DNA of 49,019 nt. Source: Macrostomum lignano. Taxonomy: Eukaryota. Numbering within the stretch: position 1 is the stretch's first letter; the number at the start of each line of letters is the position of its first letter. The notes below the pieces were generated by a model. It saw only the letters and a list, made by a program, of their open reading frames with translations, was not told the origin of the DNA and made no database searches. Position numbers and translations under genes: made by a program. Of the stretch, positions 13,016 to 24,924 are shown piece by piece. The DNA is taken from positions 1 through 49,019 of the forward strand of contig NIVC01004355.1 in assembly GCA_002269645.1 (NCBI GenBank), in the 5' to 3' direction.

Positions 13016-13609
13016 CTTATATGTCAAAATAGATCTATGCTAGCAGCATGAAATGTGAATATATTCATCAGCTGTGTAACGTATTTTCAGAAGTTATATT
13101 TACAAGTTAGTTGACTCTACAAGCTTCAATTTACGTCATCGTGTGGACCAAGAAATTTTTGTATAGTTTTCAAAAAAGTTTCTTCTAGCATTCTTTAAAT
13201 TCTGTTTAATCTAGATAAATTAACTGCACCTCACGAGGCAAACGCGTGCTGCACCGCAAGATTTAATACCCTATACAAGTGTACAGCCCCCGTTCTGCCA
13301 AAGAGCATTGGAATAACACACTTCGAACTTTATATTTAAATCAACATTTCAATGCTTTAATAATCATTTGTTTTAACGTGTAGCGAAAAAAATCAGGATT
13401 AAAACTGTACATCCGGCTGCCAGTGCGTTGTTGATGAACGGTAAAGATTTCTTAGAAACTTCCTAGAAATAGCAGAATATTTGTAACTAGCTCGTGTAAT
13501 ATATAAAAATTTTATAACATTCAGGTGGGTTGCGGAAGCGAGACGGAACTTTTTTGATTAGTTTTAGCAGCAAAGTTATTTTTGCAGAATCTTCAATTCA
13601 CTTCAGTGC

Positions 13610-13880
13610 TGGCGTCCCTGGTGCTAAAGTCCCTGGCGCTAAAGTCCCTGGTGCTAAAGTCCCTGGTGCTAAAGTCCCTGGTGCTAAACTCCCTGGTGCT
13701 AAAGTCCCTGGTGCTAAAGCCCATGGTGCTAAAGCCCATGGTGCTAAAGTCCCTGGTGCTAAAGCCCATGGTGCTAAAGTCCCTGGTGCTAAAGTCCATG
13801 GTGCTAAAGTCCCTGGTGCTAAAGTCCCTGGTGCTAAAGTCCCTGGTGCTGAAGTCCATGGTGCTGAAGTCCCTGGTGCT
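13610..13880. repeat. 15-bp minisatellite (GTCCCTGGTGCTAAA)n, ~18 copies
   Basis: Direct reading. Confidence 0.95.
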
Positions 13881-14344
13881 ATTTAATTAGTAAGTCGAGT
13901 GCAGCGTTTTGCTACTTCAGCTGTCCATGGTGCAGAGCAAGTGAAACTACTGCAGCACGACTGCAGTTCCTATCCAATTCTTTTTATATTAACCGACAAC
14001 TTGCCTGCGGTAAAATCCCCGATTGACAGAATGCATTCTGGGAAACATACACGAATCCTGAGCTCGCTAATGCATCCGGCTGTTCCTTGAAAGCATGTGA
14101 TATTTCTTTTCGGACACGACAGAAGCAGAAACTACGAGTAGAACAAAATAATAAGATGAGCATTTGCTCGGACTCGGTCAGATTCACTAAAAATAAGACT
14201 TGCTCACGCTGTAAAAGTCAATGCTTTTTTTACAATATCGTTCATAATTTGAAACTTCACAAGCCCGTCACTTCACATCATCAAAATCGTTCAAATTTTG
14301 AACTAGCAAAAGTGACTAGCAAGAATTTTCGATGATGTTAAGCG

Positions 14345-15040
14345 TAACCCTAACTTCTAACCCTAATCCTAACCTAATACTACGAGCTAAAATGCCAGTC
14401 CTAATCATAATCTTAACCCTTACCTTAATCCTAATATTAACCCTAATCCTATAATGCTAATCCTAATCCTAATCCGAACCCTAATCCTAATCCTAATCCC
14501 AATTCTAATCCTAATCCTAATCCCAAACCTAATCCTAATACCAACCCTAATCATAATCCCAACTCTAATCCTAATCCCAACCCTAATCCTAATACCAACC
14601 CTAATCCTAATCCTAATCCCAACCCTAATCCTAATCCCAACTCTAATCCTAATCCCAACTCTAATCCTAATCCCAAACCTAATCCTAATCCCAACCCTAA
14701 TCCTAATCCTAATCCCAACCCTAATCATAATCCCAACCCTAATCCTAATCCCAACCCTAATCCTAATCCCAACCCTAATCCTAATCCTAATCCCAACCCT
14801 AATCCTAATCCCAACTCTAATCCTAATCCTAATCCCAACCGTAATCCCAATCCCAACCCTAATTCTAATCCCAACCCTAATTCTAATCCCAACCCTAATC
14901 CTAATCCCAATCCTAATCCTAATCCCAATCCCAATCCCAATCCTAATCCTAATCCCAACCCTAATCCTAATCCCAATACTAATCCCAATCCTAATCCCAA
15001 TCCTAATCCTAATCCTAATCCCAATCCTAATCCTAATCCT
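14345..15040. repeat. Degenerate telomere-like hexamer array (CCTAAT/CCCAAC/CCCAAT/CCCTAA)
   Basis: Strict 6-bp periodicity. The G-rich strand reads ATTAGG/GTTGGG, with interspersed TTAGGG. Confidence 0.9.
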
Positions 15041-15222
15041 ACGCCCCCTGACATTAAGCTTGTCCGTGTCTGACTTATGCGACTTCAGCTGCTACTTAAA
15101 ACTTACTTGGACTTACACAGAGCCTGAGCAAATCCCTTTCCAAATCTGAGCTCATGCTCAAACTAAGCAACGAATTTTTAACTCCAGTTCGAGCGCAGGC
15201 GTGCTATAATTATCAAGTATCG

Positions 15223-18200
15223 CTAGGCCTCGGAAGCATCAGATCGAGTCAGGAAGCTGCGCTTCTTCATTATAGAGATTGGCTGAGCTGTGGCTGCGGC
15301 AGAATCTGCCGATGGAGGCGGCGGCTGATGACGTTGCTGCCGCGGCGGCGGGGGCGGCGGGTTGACCAGAAGAGTTGGAATGGTAGACTTCTGAGCTGGA
15401 GGGACTTGGGAGACTGCGGTCTGTTGCTGCTGTTCTTCGTGTTGCTCCTCTTGCTGCTGCTGCTGCTGCTGCTGGCGGATCTCCTCAAACCGGCTGAGAA
15501 TGCCGCGCAGCCTCGGCGGAACTCCAGGCGGCGGCTGGCTGACGCCGACACCGACAACGCCGGCACCGGCCTTTCCGTCGCCGCCGCCGCCGCTGCCGCC
15601 GCTGCCACCATTCGTCTGACACAGATAGTAGTGACCGTGGGCGTCTGCAGGTGCAAGGAAAGTCATATTGTTAGGGTAAGCAACAAGCTGGGTACCCCAC
15701 AGGATATCCGCAAGCCTCTCGTTGGTTTCAGTCTACCGTGAGCCTGGCCGTCTCCAGAAACTTGAGACTTCACTTCGTAGAATTTAGCAAATGTGTTTTA
15801 CTTTTATGCTAGAAATTTCACAGTGCAGTTTCTTGAAGTTTCTGGATTGTAATTTACTACCTCTCCCATGAGATTGCCCGTGAGATGCCCCCTTAAGAGT
15901 GTCCCTTACCCCAAGATTTTCCCTCCCCCCAAGATTTTCCCTCCCCCAAGATTTTCCCTCCCCTGAGATTTGCCCTCCCCCTGAGATTTGCCCTCCCCCT
16001 GAGATTTGCCCTCCCCCCGAGATTTGCCCTCCCCCTGAGATTTGCCCTCCCCCTGAGATTTGCCCTCCCCTGAGATTTGCCCTCCCCCTGAGATTTGCCC
16101 TCCCCCTGAGATTTGCCCTCCCCCTGAGATTTGCCCTCCCCCCGAGATTTGCCCTCCCCCTGAGATTTGCCCTCCCCCTGAGATTTGACCTCTTTGACAT
16201 TATCCCCTATGCTGTCACAGACAGGGGGCTACCTGTCACAGTCTGGAGCAGTGTGCGCCGTGGCAGAAGCTGCCGGGTTCCGTGCTTCAATGCCGCTGCC
16301 GGCACTGCGGGGCTGGCCGGAGTGGGAGAGACGCTGTAGCCAGAGGCTCCGGCTGCAGGCGTAACTATCGCAGGACCAGAAGAGGAGGCGGCGGTGGCGC
16401 AGGCGGCTTTGCCAGTCTCAGTTGTGGCAGCTGACCCGGTCAAGGCGGAAGCAGCGGCCAGCTGACGGTAGGCCTGCAACTCGGCACTGCCCACTAGAGA
16501 GTCGAACCGGCCAATCTCGGATGGTCCGGCCAGGATTCGAGTCCGGATCTCCTGCAGCAGCAGGACTCGGTCGGGCCGTTCAGCGATGCTATCGAGCAGC
16601 AGACTGGCCAGGCGGTCGATGCCGCTTTGGCCTTGGCGGCTGCCGGCTCCCGAATTGCACTGCGGAACAAATGTGAGCAGTTCCTTTTGTGAAGCACCTG
16701 GGCCCAGAAACACAACAAAAGGAAACAAACAAACTCAGAGTTCATGGCCTCATAAACACACTCAGTTGAGGAGCTCATGAAGTCATTCAGGTACAACTGC
16801 AGTAGGATGTCGCTGCATCATTCTTATTTGATTCTATTTTAATCATAGATCATGAAGTTCAACCATAGACAAAATCAATCCTGCACGCTAGAGAGGGTGA
16901 GGGGAGGGTTGAGACAAGAGGGTAAGGTGATTATAACTTAAAGCTAGTTGCCACTATAAAAAACTAAGAAATGATTTCTCTAATCAACCCATCAATTCTT
17001 CCTCAATTCAAAGATAATATAAGGTTCTACCCCAACAGATTTTACGCCGGGGAAAACCCCCGGGGTTAGGGCCACAGACACCAGCTGCTGCTGCTGCTAG
17101 TGCTTGAGAGCAGTAGAAGCTACAGTCTATGGTCTGAACCCCTGGGTTAGGGCGACAGACACCAGCTGCCGCTGCTAGTGCTTGAGAGCAGTAGAAGCTA
17201 CAGTCTATGGTCTGAACCCCTGGGTTAGGGCCACAGACACCAGCTGTTGCTGCTAGTGCTTGAGAGCAGTAGAAGCTACAGTCTATGGTCTGAACCCCTG
17301 GGTTAGGGCCACAGACACCAGCTGCTGCTGCTAGTGCTTGAGAGCAGTAGAAGCTACAGTCTATGGTCTGAACCCCTGGGTTAGGGCGACAGACACCAGC
17401 TGCCGCTGCTAGTGCTTGAGAGCAGTAGAAGCTACAGTCTATGGTCTGAACCCCTGGGTTAGGGCCACAGACACCAGCTGTTGCTGCTAGTGCTTGAGAG
17501 CAGTAGAAGCTACAGTCTATGGTCTGAACCCCTGGGTTAGGGCCACAGACACCAGCTGCTGCTGCTAGTGCTTGAGAGCAGTAGAAGCTACAGTCTATGG
17601 TCTGAACCCCTGGGTTAGGGCCACAGACACCAGCTGCTGCTGCTAGTGCTTGAGAGCAGTAGAAGCTACAGTCTATGGTCTGAACCCCTGGATTAGGGCC
17701 ACAGACACCAGCTGCTGCTGCTAGTGCTTGAGAGCAGTAGAAGCTACAGTCTATGGTCTGAACCCCTGGGTTAGGGCGACAGACACCAGCTGCCGCTGCT
17801 AGTGCTTGAGAGCAGTAGAAGCTACAGTCTATGGTCTGAACCCCTGGGTTAGGGCCACAGACACCAGCTGTTGCTGCTAGTGCTTGAGAGCAGTAGAAGC
17901 TACAGTCTATGGTCTGAACCCCTGGGTTAGGGCCACAGACACCAGCTGCTGCTGCTAGTGCTTGAGAGCAGTAGAAGCTACAGTCTATGGTCTGAACCCC
18001 TGGGTTAGGGCCACAGACACCAGCTGCTGCTGCTAGTGCTTGAGAGCAGTAGAAGCTACAGTCTATGGTCTGAACCCCTGGATTAGGGCCACAGACACCA
18101 GCTGCTGCTGCTAGTGCTTGAGAGCAGTAGAAGCTACAGTCTATGGTCTGAACCCCTGGGTTAGGGCCACAGACACCAGCTGCTGCTGCTAGTGCTTGAG

Positions 18201-21200
18201 AGCAGTAGAAGCTACAGTCTATGGTCTTAACGACAGGGTTTTCGCGCTGCGGCCAGGCGGCAAGAACTACTAAAACACCTTTTAGTAGTCCTTGCCAGGC
18301 GGCTGGAGTGGCCCCTCTACCTCGTAGGGGTACATAGAATCTGAGGTGCATTCAGTATGCTCTCTTCAGAAATCGAATTTTCTCGACCAAATTTGTCTAT
18401 GGCAAAACTCCATTCAGCGCTATGCGTTCTCTTGAGAGCACACTAAATGCACTGACGGGCCTCCAGCTGATGTCTAAGAAATTCGAGTGCAGGGACCTAC
18501 TCCAGCTGTCCATGAATTCATAATAAACTCATAAAAACATATAAAAAATATATAATAACCACAGTAAAGTTTTTTCGCAAGGTTCCGCAGATTCGCACTC
18601 CGGATTCGCATCTTCCTACTAATGAATTTTACAACTGTCAGTAGTCAGTAGTGCATCCATCTGATTATTTTGCTGTACATGCTAAAGAAAAAAGTTAAAA
18701 TTACTCTTGAAAAGAGTTGATTTTATTATGTGAGAAGCCTGGTGGCTATCAAGACCTAAGGCAGGCAGGCTTAATGCATAATAAATCAAGGAGCCTGAAG
18801 CTTCAGTGCCTTTCCCATCGGGCGCTCATGCCATCTGCGCTGCTAGCCAAACCCTAGCACAAAAAAGTAGTAAAACCTCATTTTATTGCTTGATTTAATA
18901 AAAATTTCCATCAAATCAGTTTCAACAAAAATTTAACTCTTGCCTCTTGCACTGCCGCCCGAATTCGTGACCGGACATCCGGAGGAAACAGTCTGAGGGC
19001 TCCGCTGTCGGACAGAGACGGCATCGACGGAGGCCGTCCGACTGCCTCAGAGCCAACCGGTTGTTGTTTCGGTGCTGGATAAAAACAATCGCAAATCGGA
19101 TTTAGAAGAATCTATCGGTAGGTTTTTAGATAGGTGAATCACCTGTCTATTCCTAACATTGGCCTCATCCGTGATGGAGGGGCGTTGACCGCCTTCCGTC
19201 GCTCTCCTTAGCTAGCTTGATTAATTATTAATTAAGAGGCGATGGTGGCTGAGTAGATGCTGGGATGGCAGGGATACGGGGACTTCCTAGTATTGATGAG
19301 GCAGGCATAGGCAGCTGGGCATGGCTCACCTGAGCAGCGCGGAGCGGTAGGCGGCGGCTGCGGCTGAGGCTGCGGCTTCGCCAGCTTGCCAAGGTTCTCA
19401 TACAACTGCCCCTGGTCTTCTGACTGACTACTAACATGGTTACTATTATTAATCGTATTATTGCTACTAATATCATTGCGTGGCCTGGCTGGCTGTTCAT
19501 GGGGAGACGCTGCAGCAGCGGCCGTCAGCTGAAATCCGTTGCTACCCGCGCTGCCAGCGGCCGGCACGGGCGGCGAGTCGCTGTAGGATAGAAACGACGC
19601 CTCCCCGAAGGTGACATTCAGGCCCTTGTCGTTGGGACTTCGCCGCTGCTGGTCCGACATCGGCAAACTCAGCTGATCGCCGCCGCCGCCACCGCCGCTA
19701 CGTCGACTTGCCGAGCGTCGGATCCGCAGCGAGCTGACCTGCCGGTTGGCGAGTCGCTTCGACGCAGCTGCGGCGGCCACTGCGGAGGCTGCGTCAGCTG
19801 CGGTGCCGGGTTCGGCAACAGCTGCTGCTGGTGGAGGAGGAGGAATCCTCGATTGAACTGACTTTCGGTGCTCAGCAGGTTGGTTGAAGTCGTCGCCATC
19901 TCCGCCATCGTCAGAGATGTCCAGGATGGCGTCGATGTCGGTGACGGGGTCCGGCGGCTGCTGCCGCCGTTGCAGAGCTGCCAGCTGGCAGTCAATGTCG
20001 GTGACTGGCTGCTCGAGGAGTCCGTCTATCACGTTCTGGTAGATGTCCTCGGCTTCTGGTTCGTCCATGAACTGCCTGAAAGACGGGGACATCTTAAAAG
20101 CTGTGCTTTCAAAATATTCTCAGAAAACTCACTATGAGCAGCTGGTACACGTACTCAAAATTATCCATAGAGGAGTGGCAGGAGCGGTGCTGGCAGACCG
20201 AGCCCTCAGTTTCGGTGTCTGAGCAGTCCTCCGATTGAATAGCTGGATGCTGCTGCTGCTTGCCTGATGGAAGCTGCTTGTACAGCGGAACGAATCCCAC
20301 CTCCTGTGCAATAGTTGTAGGGGCTGATTAGTTAATTATTCATATGAGTGTATTTATATGATTATACTTGCGTTCTAATCTAAGTGCATCTTATGAGAAA
20401 ATTCCTAGCTCTTATCTGCCTGTTGCAAGCGTGTCTGGAGTGGCTGTGGCTTAGGGTGTCAGATGTGCTTGAGATGTCAGGATGTTTAAGGTGCCAAGAC
20501 CATCCTGGGGTGTCAGATGTGCTTGAGGTGTCAGGATGTTTAAGGTGCCAAGACCATCTTGGGGTGTCAGATGTGCTTGAGGCGTCAGGATGTTTAAGGT
20601 GCCAAGACCATCTTGGGGTGTCAGATGTGCTTGAGGTGTCAGGATGTTTAAGGTGCCAAGACCGGGTCCAACTCGGGTGTCAGGAGAGCCCAATTCGGGT
20701 GTCAGGAGAGCCCAATTCGGGTGTCAGGAGAGCCCAATTCGGGTGTCAGGAGAGTCCATTTCGGGTGTCAGGAGAGCCCAATTCGGGTGTCAGGAGGAGA
20801 GTCCAAACATGATCAGCAGTCAGAGCTCCAAGGTGTATCTCTCTTCAATAATAAATATAACTGATAATTGATTTCACCTGCCCTAATGGCCAGATGTGCA
20901 ACCGACAGCTCAGCCGCAGCTATTGCGCGGCGCATCTGAAGGCTGCGTACGGCTGTTCAGTCCAAGGACTGGGGGGGTCGCCACACACAGCCTCAATTCC
21001 CCAGCTAATGCTGGCACCCATTTTACAGCTGGGTGAACTAAAACAATGCAGAGTTAGTTGTCTTGCTCAAGGACAAAAATTGTTCCGAGTGGGTCCAGAA
21101 TCGAACCCCCGACCTTTCGGTCGTGAGTCCAACGCTCTAGCCACTAGGCTACAACCCCCTTCCTCTCTTCAAATAAGATTTATTCTAAGCACGGTAGAAA

Positions 21201-23036
21201 AACAAAACGGCCCAAATGAGGAGATCGCTAAAATTATTCAAGCTGCCTTCAAATATGTAAATTTTATAATATACTTGTAATGTTTTTTTTAAATTACCTT
21301 AACAGTGATCTTCAGATCCGACTGATGCTGCTTGATGAACATCGCGGCCTGCCAGTGCGACAGGTCGTCAAACTCCATGCCGTTGATCTGCACAATCAGC
21401 TGGCCCGCTCGCAGTCCGCCGCTGTCCGCCGCGCTCTGCGGCACTGTGCTGTCAGTTGGTGGCGATGTGGGTTGAGATTTTTTGGTTTGTCAGAGAAAAT
21501 ACTCGTGACGTAATGCACAACTACTCGGTGTTTAGAAAGCAAGACGCTCTAACCTAATGTCAGTGGCTTAGATTGGGGGTGTCAGTGGCTTGGATTGGGG
21601 GTGTCAGTGGCTTAGATTGGGGGTGTCAGTGGCTTAGATTGGGGGTGTCAGTGGCCTAGATTGGGGGTGTCAGTGGCTTGGATGGGGGGTGTCAGTGGCT
21701 TAGATTGGGGGTGTCAGTGGCTTGGATGGGGGGTGTCAGTGGCTTAGATTGGGGGCGTCAGTGGCTTAGATTGGGGGTGTCAGTGGCTTGGATTGGGGGT
21801 GTCAGTGGCTTAGATTGGGGGTGTCAGTGGCTTAGATTGGGGGTGTCAGTGGCTTGGATTGTGGGTGTCAGTGGCTTAGATTGGGGGGTGTCAGTGGCTT
21901 AGATTGGGGGTGTCAGTGGCTTAGATTGGGGGTGTCAGTGGCTTGGATTGGGGGTGTCAGTGGCTTGGATTGGGGGTGTCCGTGGCTTGGATTGGGGGTG
22001 TCAGTGGCTTAGATTGGGGTGTCAGTGGCTTGGATTGTGGGTGTCAGTGGCCCAGATTTGTGGGTGTCAGTGGCCCAGATTTGTTGGTGTCAGTGACCCA
22101 GATTTGTGGGTGTCAGTGACCCAGAGTTGTGGGTGTCAGTGACCCAGATTTGTGGGTGTCAGTGACCCAGATTTGTGGGTGTCAGAGACCCAGAGTTGTG
22201 GGTGTCAGTGACCCAGATTTGTGGGTGTCAGCGGCCCATTTTGGGTGTCAAAGCGGCTCACCCGGACACGAAGACGCCGGTGCCGAAGTCCCGCCCGCCC
22301 CTGATTGAGAAGCCAATCTGGCCGCCCGGCGGTATCCGCAGGCGAATCTGTTTGACCGGAGCCGGCAAAGTCGCCGCCCGATTCACGGGTGGGCCGGCGG
22401 TGGCTTCCACTATTTGGCGGCGACGGGTGGCGTCGTACCTACAGATGCGGTTTGTAAAGTGCGGAGTGTACTTCTGAGATCAATGACAACGGCCTGCCTA
22501 TATTGCTAATGAGTAAGAGTTTCTGACCGAAGGCTGATGGTTGATTCGAATGTGTCTTTGGCTGGTGGGAATGTGTCTTTGGCTGACGGGAATGTGTCTA
22601 TGGCTGGTGGGAATGTGTCTATGGCTGGTGGGAATGTGTCTTTGGCTGACGGGAATGTGTCTATGGCTGGTGGGAATGTGTCTATGGCTGGTGGAAATGT
22701 GTCTATGGCTGGTGGGAATGTGTCTATGGCTGACGGAAATGTGTCTATGGCTGACGGGAATGGGTCTATGGAATGTGTCAATGGATGGTGGGAGTGTGCG
22801 GTGGTTGATTTTTACTTTTTTGGCTCATTGTTAATGAAATAAACCTGTGGAATTGTGTTTATTGATCTATAAGTGAATGGCTGTTCAAACGTATTCTAGT
22901 GAAAGGTGGTCTCTATGGACATAGTGATTGCTTCCTAATATAATACTACTATATTGTATCCAATTAAGCAAATATTATATGACTGCTTTGCCTTTACTTA
23001 CCAAACAGTGACATCTTTGTTTTTACCACCATTCAT
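15223..23036 (-). CDS. Whirlin/PDZD7/dyschronic-family scaffold: one PDZ, low-complexity linker, harmonin-homology domain, Pro/Gln-rich tail; ~751 aa, 8 exons
   Basis: Exons 23036-23002, 22438-22262, 21448-21298, 20303-20133, 20071-19330, 19074-18944 (GC donor), 16659-16233, 15644-15223; total 2256 nt in frame. PDZ: IGFSIRGGRDFGTGVFVSG...SGLRAGQLIVQINGMEFDDLSHWQA...ITVKEVGFVP. HHD-like: GIDRLASLL...LLQEIRTRILAGPSEIGRFDSLV. The first coding exon and two acceptor choices are less certain. A probable 5'UTR exon has its donor at ~23655. Confidence 0.75.
15905..16192. repeat. 18-bp minisatellite (GAGATTTGCCCTCCCCCT)n in the last intron of the whirlin-like gene
   Basis: Direct reading. Confidence 0.94.
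17052..18235. repeat. 78-bp minisatellite, ~15 copies, in intron 6 of the whirlin-like gene
   Basis: Period measured as 78 (17161 to 17239). Each unit has AACCCCTGGGTTAGGG and a (GCT)n run. One minus-strand frame is open (ORF 17008-18351). Confidence 0.97.
20453..20800. repeat. 54-bp repeat x4 (20453-20665) followed by a 22-bp repeat (CGGGTGTCAGGAGAGCCCAATT)x~6
   Basis: Direct reading; both contain GGTGTCAG. Confidence 0.9.
20849..21162 (-). mobile_element. Full-length tRNA-derived SINE with a CORE-like central domain, flanked by a 10-bp TSD
   Basis: A box TAGCCTAGTGG (21151-21141) and B box GGTTCGATTC (21107-21098). Then TTTGTCCTTGAGCAAGACAACTAAC...AGTTCACCCAGCTGTAAAATGGG, which resembles the MIR CORE consensus as I recall it, and an AT-rich tail. 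Direct repeat CTCTCTTCAA at 20839-20848 and 21163-21172. Confidence 0.85.
21558..22245. repeat. 22-bp minisatellite (GGGTGTCAGTGGCTTAGATTGG)n grading into a GACCCAGATTTGT variant
   Basis: Direct reading; fills intron 2 of the whirlin-like gene. Confidence 0.95.
22548..22778. repeat. 21-bp minisatellite (GGCTGGTGGGAATGTGTCTAT)n
   Basis: Direct reading; first coding intron of the whirlin-like gene. Confidence 0.93.
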
Positions 23037-24924
23037 AATGCTAGAGTTATTGTTTTCACATTTCAACAATAGTTTTCAGTTCTCTGAAATTTTAATGAAA
23101 GTGTCTGCCTATGTAAATCAATAGTGTAGCATTACAATGTTCAAATATTAAAAGTACTTTGCAATTAAAAAAATCTTTAATCTTTAACAGTGGTCAGTAG
23201 CCCATATACAGTGTAAAAAACGTTAAAACTATTTAACTGTTCTCGACTTTTTGTTATATTAATTGCATATTGAAAGTAAATAAAAAAGAACAATAGGAAA
23301 TACAAAAGCTGAATTAGAAAAAAATCCTTTTTGATATTAATAAAAAAAATAAAAAAACAGGAAGTAAGGTTTAAGTCATCTAAATATGATTTAATTCCAG
23401 AGCTTTAAAACTTACCCATTCATTTATGGTTTAAATACAATATACGCTCGTACAAGTGTATGATGGTATTTTAACTATGATATAAATTTTTACTTTTTAC
23501 TATTACAATACTATACTTTAGTATAAATGAAATACTATAGTATTATAATACGAATACAGTACAACACTGTACTTTACTATTGTTCTTTGAAAATATAGCA
23601 CAATATTATTCACAAGGTTCCGTGTAAATAAGTAAAGCTTAACTTTTATACTTACCTCAGCAGCGATTGCGCAAAAGCCGGCTCTGTCGTCCTTTCTCGT
23701 TTATGTGCCAATGTACTAATCTCTCGGTTAAAAGGTATCAATTTTCGTATGTAAGTTTATTTGTTTGCCACGATCTGCGATCTGATTGTTGAAGAAGTTG
23801 ATGAAATTTGGAAAAACTAATTTAGTTGAATCGCAAATAATAATAAGAAAATAGATTAAGATGCTTTACCACCTCTGTGATGCTTAATCTGCGTTCGCTT
23901 CTTCGATTTGCTGATGTGATTTCTGACTGCTGATTTTTATTTTAACTGTCCAACAAAAAATTAAATTTTCGTTTTAGTAATATCGTGCTTTGGTTTTGAA
24001 AATTTAAACAAAAGATTTGAAGTATGCGTGACGTAACATAATGGTATCATAAGAATCTGCAAAAATACCAAGACATCATAGTTACTTTCTTTTATTTTTA
24101 AATCTAACAGTTTAAACTTTTTAGTCTATCCGGTTGCTCGTAAATAGTACAGTGCATTATAGTCGCATATTCTTAAGTCGCAGTCTAATTTTTTAGCTGT
24201 CAATTGATAAATACGACAGGAGTTAGTTAAAAAAGATAGAAGCTAGTGGTGACCAACAGCCGAATCACGTCGCGATGAATCTGAACGAAGTTTATATATT
24301 TTTACAGTACATGTACATGTATATGCACGGACAACCCTATATGTGCTATGTAGATAAAGACTAATTGAAGACTAAGACTAATCTAATTTGTATTCCCTTC
24401 TGTTTCAGTGGTCTGTATGCCAAGCTAAGAGTAGTTTACATGTACATGTTGACTGACTAAAAAAGCTTCAATTGCGTGTAGAATTCGCATAGCCAAATTT
24501 TACTACTGGCACTATGGGTCGTAACGCAATGCACAAAAACAGAAGGCAAATCAGCCTAAACTCGCATAAATTAAGAATTTACCAGCAGTTTTTCAACTAT
24601 TGCTGTTTTATCTCAGTATGGCTCATGTACGCCTGACTCTCACCTGGACCCAGCTACATGTATATCAAATTGCGTGCCTACATACTGATAAGCGTATACC
24701 TGTAAGCTAATAAAACAGAAAGTTTCAACCTATACACACTTCTTTCCTAAGGTTTCAAGATTTCACGCTCGACTCTTTTCAATCAGTTTTAGCAAAGATT
24801 ATGGCCTAGCTAAGCCTTAAAGTGAAAGTTGCAGTTTGCTGCAGATTTCGCTAACCCCCGAGCTGGCAACGGTTTTTTTAGTGAGGCTTTTCATTTCAAC
24901 TCATAGATACTGCGATTCCGGACA

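Noticed and set aside
13984-14187. ALASSGFVYVSQNAFCQSG resembles the start of a BIR domain
   Set aside because: The second Cys, the Trp, the His and the final Cys ligand are absent, and no convincing splice sites were found. At most an unrecognisable relic.
13530-15149. ORFs made of VPGAK, ILIP, GLGL and IRIR repeats
   Set aside because: They are translations of 15-bp and 6-bp repeats, open in several frames and on both strands, with no splice or codon-bias support.
16750-16796. Possible extra whirlin-like exon LYLNDFMSSSTE
   Set aside because: Good acceptor but no convincing in-phase donor, and the HHD alignment does not need it.
17049-18244. Apparent terminal inverted repeats (GAAAACCC / GGGTTTTC) around the 78-bp array, suggesting a MITE
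   Set aside because: Explained by the internal AACCC-CT-GGGTT palindrome of diverged edge units; no TSD seen.
21085-21159. tRNA-Val(CAC) gene
   Set aside because: The anticodon and acceptor stems pair poorly, and the sequence continues into a SINE body with a TSD, so it is a SINE head.
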